Origin: Amoebophrya sp. A120 | Taxonomy: Eukaryota; Protista; Dinoflagellata | Direction: 5' to 3' | Length of the DNA: 64,000 nt | Assembly: GCA_905178155.1 (NCBI GenBank) | Contig: CAJINV010000004.1 | Coordinates: 4,768,518-4,832,517 of the forward strand | Shown here: one piece after another, positions 60,934 through 64,000 of the stretch | How the letters are laid out: the number at the start of each line of letters is the position of its first letter | Position numbering within the stretch: position 1 is the stretch's first letter | The notes under the pieces: model-generated | What the model was told of the DNA's origin: nothing | The model's input: only the letters and a program-made list of their open reading frames with translations | The model's database searches: none | Program-made: the position numbers and the translations under genes

Positions 60934-61210
60934 ACGACGCTCACACAGACGCAGACTGCAACGCTCAACACTAATCCCACTGGCTCCTGAAGCAACACTT
61001 TGCAACTACTTATCAGGAATGGTTCTATCAATCTCAGGTTCATTCAACATTTAGTCAATACCTCCATGATGATCACATCATGGAGGATCCATGTACATTC
61101 TTTTGGACCGACCCCCATTCGTTTATGATATTTCTTTCGACAAGAGCCGAGCGCCACTTTGCTTCTACCTTCCTATCTCAGATGCGGAAAAGTACAAGTA
61201 CGTACCGAAT

Positions 61211-61523
61211 CTACTAATTGTACCTGGCACAACTCATCCTCATTCTCACTAAAAAAGTACGACTCTTCGATAAAACGTTCAAATTTTTGAGCCTCATTCT
61301 CACATTCATCTCATTTTGATATTAAAATTAACAGACCTATTCTGTTTATGGTCGGCATCAAGAATAACACCCTTTCGTTTCTGCCTCCCGCACTCATTTT
61401 TCATAGGGAAAGTACTAGGACATGCAGTATCTACTACCGGGCACAACTGATCATGATGATGATCCTCATTCTTACAAAAACCGATTTCGAACTGTTCAAA
61501 TTGTTGAGCCTCATTCTTATATT
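61211..61523. repeat. Degenerate ~90-bp direct repeat (two copies ~215 bp apart)
   Basis: GGCACAACT..ATCCTCATTCT..AAAAA..TTCGA..GTTCAAATT.TTGAGCCTCATTCT at ~61211-61306 and ~61431-61523. Confidence 0.6.
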
Positions 61524-62028
61524 AGGGAAGGTGGAAATAATGTGGTATTTCAGGAAGATTAAGATACAATTTTCTGTAATGACCGAACAACAAGAATGTA
61601 GGTCATCTAGTAGCTGTTTTGTCTGTTCTCTTTTGCAACATTAATGTACAGCAAGCGAGTGGTTGTTGCTCCATGACCATGTTCCCAAAGGATGGATGAG
61701 CAAGATCAATTGCAATGCAAAGCCTATGAGAAATCTTTTGCTGGTTACGAAGAAGTTCTCCTTGTGTCATAGTCATTTTTGACACCAGCATCGGACCACC
61801 GACTGACAGGGGTACCACCTTTGTGCCAGGAGAAATAATTTTACAAGTACAACACAGATGATCATTTATCCAGTAGGTACTACCTTTTTACCGGTCATAA
61901 TCTGTTGCGCATTGTCGTTGTCCTTTTTCGCTACGTTGTTGTCTTTTAGTTATTGGTTGTCCTACAAGCTTCATCTTTACTCTGCTTCGTCGTAGCTTCG
62001 TCTTTTCTATTTGAAAAGCTTCGATAAA

Positions 62029-64000
62029 ATGGAGGGTTTTTTCCGGCAGAATCCCAAGAAGCGCAAGTCCGCCGCCGCGGATGTGGAGGCCGTGTTGAAG
62101 CAGTTTTGCTGCGAAGAAGTCCAAAAAGAGTACCGCATGTGCAGGAACGAGCTGGAGAAGGAAGCCTTTCGCGAGGGGTTTCTGGGGTCCCTCGAGGGCT
62201 CGCTGACGACGATCATGCCCCAGTTACTGGACGAGGCACGAGTCCACGGAGAGAAGCACATGGGGAAATTGCTGGCCAAGAGCGAGCAAGTCCTGCAAAG
62301 TGACGCGCTGCTCGCGAAGTTATTTCAAGACCGAGGGCTGGCAGACTTGCGGGGTACGCGATTCTGGGAGGAAAAAATAAAGCCCGGCGTGGTCCGGTGG
62401 GGCCTGTCCAACCTCGGAATGAGTCCCTTGATGGTGCACAATTTCTTTATGCAGCACCAGTTCTTGCCCGGTTTGGAGCAGCACCGGCCCGACAAGAACG
62501 ATGGCACGATGTTCGAGTACCAGGCCTCCAGCAGCACGGTCAAGAAGAAGGACGCCGATAACGGTTCGACCGCACTCCTGGACTGGGTGAGTTTGGAGCC
62601 GATGCCAATCAAGGAGCTGCGGCTGTTTCAAACCCACACGGGCTATTTTCTTAACGTGACCATTGTCGGGCAACCGGCATTGGAAACGGCCGTGCGCACC
62701 GTGATCCAGGACGACGCCGGCGGGCAGGCGACGACGGTGTTCTACAACTGCATGGGTGGTGCCATCACGCCTTCCACCTCCAAGTGGGACGGACAGAAAA
62801 TGGTGGAGCAGCGGTTTGCGGTGGGCACGAAGCTCCAGATCGCCAACCCGTTCTACAAGATCGGTGCCGGGGGTGCGCGGGCCATCCGGGTCGACGACCC
62901 CCGGGAGGTGAAGTTCCTCTCCAGTGCCGTGAATCCCTCCTCCATCCGCGTGGACGCCGAGAAAGCGAGAGGAAACGCCGAGTTCGCGAAGGGCGCCTTT
63001 GACGCCGCACGGGAAATCTACCAGAACGCGCTCGCAGCGACGGAGCTGGATCTGCAAGTCAGTCTTCTGAACAACCGGGCTTTCATGTTTCTCAACGAGC
63101 AAAACTTCGGTAACGCGCTACTCGATGCGGCAGCCGTGATGTACCTGCGCCCGGACAACGAGAAGGCGTGGCACCGCTACATTTCTGCACTCGAGGGACT
63201 GCAGAAGGGGGCGTCGCATCTGGTAGAGCAAGTGACTCTGGCGCGCGACGCGGCCTTCGCGGAAGTCAAGAAACCGAAGAACGCCGGCGCTCATAAAGAA
63301 GCGAAGCAATTCGCTCCTGAAAGTAGGGCGGCCGAGCCAGCAGCTGCGTCGTCTACGTCCGCATCAACTGCCTCTTCGCACTGCCGTCTCCGGCTTTTCT
63401 CGCAAGAGCAGCGCGCGATTTATGAACAGCTTTTGACAGAAGTTGTTGTTCCGGCGCTGCTGAGCAGCACAACTACATCAGGTTCAGAGGCTGCAAAAGA
63501 GACCGTCACCTTTTCTCTTGATCGTGGAAACAAGTGCAACGAGCAAGGGAAATCGCTCTTCCGTGAGAAGAAGTGGGCCGCTGCACGAACCATGTTCACC
63601 GAAGGCCTACTGGTACTGAACGCTGACGGCTCCTCGCAACCTCTGGCTGCGATTCTCGGCAACTTGACGACTTGCGCACTGCGTACGGGCCGCAGCGCAG
63701 AGGGTCTCGCGCTTTCGCTCATCACGCTGAGGCTCTTTGGCGCGGCGGCGCACTGTGCTCCGGAGGGCAAGCAGTGCGCCATACGCAACAAGGCACTGAT
63801 GCGCGTTGTGTCCTCCCTTGTGAACCTCGGCGAGGAGGAGTGGGTAGCCGCGTTCTGGAGTCAGGTGGAGCCAAACATAACCTCCTTTGGCGGAGAGGAG
63901 GGGTTCTTGAAGAAGGCCTACCAGGAGGAGACCCAATTCCTCCGCTGTTTGAACACCTTCGATGACCGTCCGCTGGCCGCGAAGAGACTGACAACCACCG
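62029..64000 (+). CDS. TPR protein of the fungal/protist TPR-SET-like family (3' end outside the window)
   Basis: Open frame from ATG 62029 to the window end (absent from the ORF track because there is no stop): LEPMPIKELRLFQTHTGYFL..VIQDDAG..IANPFYK..IRVDDPREV, then TPRs (KARGNAEFAKG..LNNRA..NEKAWHR). No SET domain is visible in the window. Confidence 0.7.
   Translation, partial: MEGFFRQNPKKRKSAAADVEAVLKQFCCEEVQKEYRMCRNELEKEAFREGFLGSLEGSLTTIMPQLLDEARVHGEKHMGKLLAKSEQVLQSDALLAKLFQDRGLADLRGTRFWEEKIKPGVVRWGLSNLGMSPLMVHNFFMQHQFLPGLEQHRPDKNDGTMFEYQASSSTVKKKDADNGSTALLDWVSLEPMPIKELRLFQTHTGYFLNVTIVGQPALETAVRTVIQDDAGGQATTVFYNCMGGAITPSTSKWDGQKMVEQRFAVGTKLQIANPFYKIGAGGARAIRVDDPREVKFLSSAVNPSSIRVDAEKARGNAEFAKGAFDAAREIYQNALAATELDLQVSLLNNRAFMFLNEQNFGNALLDAAAVMYLRPDNEKAWHRYISALEGLQKGASHLVEQVTLARDAAFAEVKKPKNAGAHKEAKQFAPESRAAEPAAASSTSASTASSHCRLRLFSQEQRAIYEQLLTEVVVPALLSSTTTSGSEAAKETVTFSLDRGNKCNEQGKSLFREKKWAAARTMFTEGLLVLNADGSSQPLAAILGNLTTCALRTGRSAEGLALSLITLRLFGAAAHCAPEGKQCAIRNKALMRVVSSLVNLGEEEWVAAFWSQVEPNITSFGGEEGFLKKAYQEETQFLRCLNTFDDRPLAAKRLTTT

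Noticed and set aside
61061-61086. 11-bp-stem hairpin CCTCCATGATG-ATCA-CATCATGGAGG after the DUF4470 gene
   Set aside because: Short and single. No basis for calling a terminator in a eukaryote.
327-63994. Minus-strand ORFs in the ORF track
   Set aside because: Antisense shadows of + strand genes or translations of the repeated elements, with no conserved motifs.
1-64000. Intact transposase, rRNA/tRNA genes or dinoflagellate spliced-leader copies
   Set aside because: None recognised by eye. A covariance-model or HMM search would be needed to exclude them.

Overview
Eukaryotic genomic DNA, most consistent with a syndinian dinoflagellate such as Amoebophrya (inferred from compact co-oriented genes, Ser/Gly/Ala-rich proteins and non-canonical introns). 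About 12 protein-coding genes are all on the + strand: a giant FHA/kinesin-3-tail-like protein, AHI1/Jouberin, a formyltransferase, a SCAB-like Ig-PH protein, formate-tetrahydrofolate ligase, a C2HC zinc-finger protein, DUF4470-TPR and TPR(-SET)-type proteins, and several unknowns. The dominant signal is about 28 short (109-402 bp) MITE-like inserts in at least 8 families. Nearly all start TAT and end ATA, have terminal inverted repeats (TIRs), are flanked by a 5-bp direct repeat (TSD), carry copies of a TTTGTCATGC-like motif and lie inside coding sequence. Removing the element plus one TSD copy restores the reading frame wherever checked, although most cannot give GT/GC-AG ends and two families occur in both orientations. 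Also notable are perfect 1-nt-loop fold-back palindromes (one in an element, one disrupting a gene) and two ~1.5-kb extremely GC-rich intergenic islands. All exon structures are inferred by hand from reading frames, not from RNA data.
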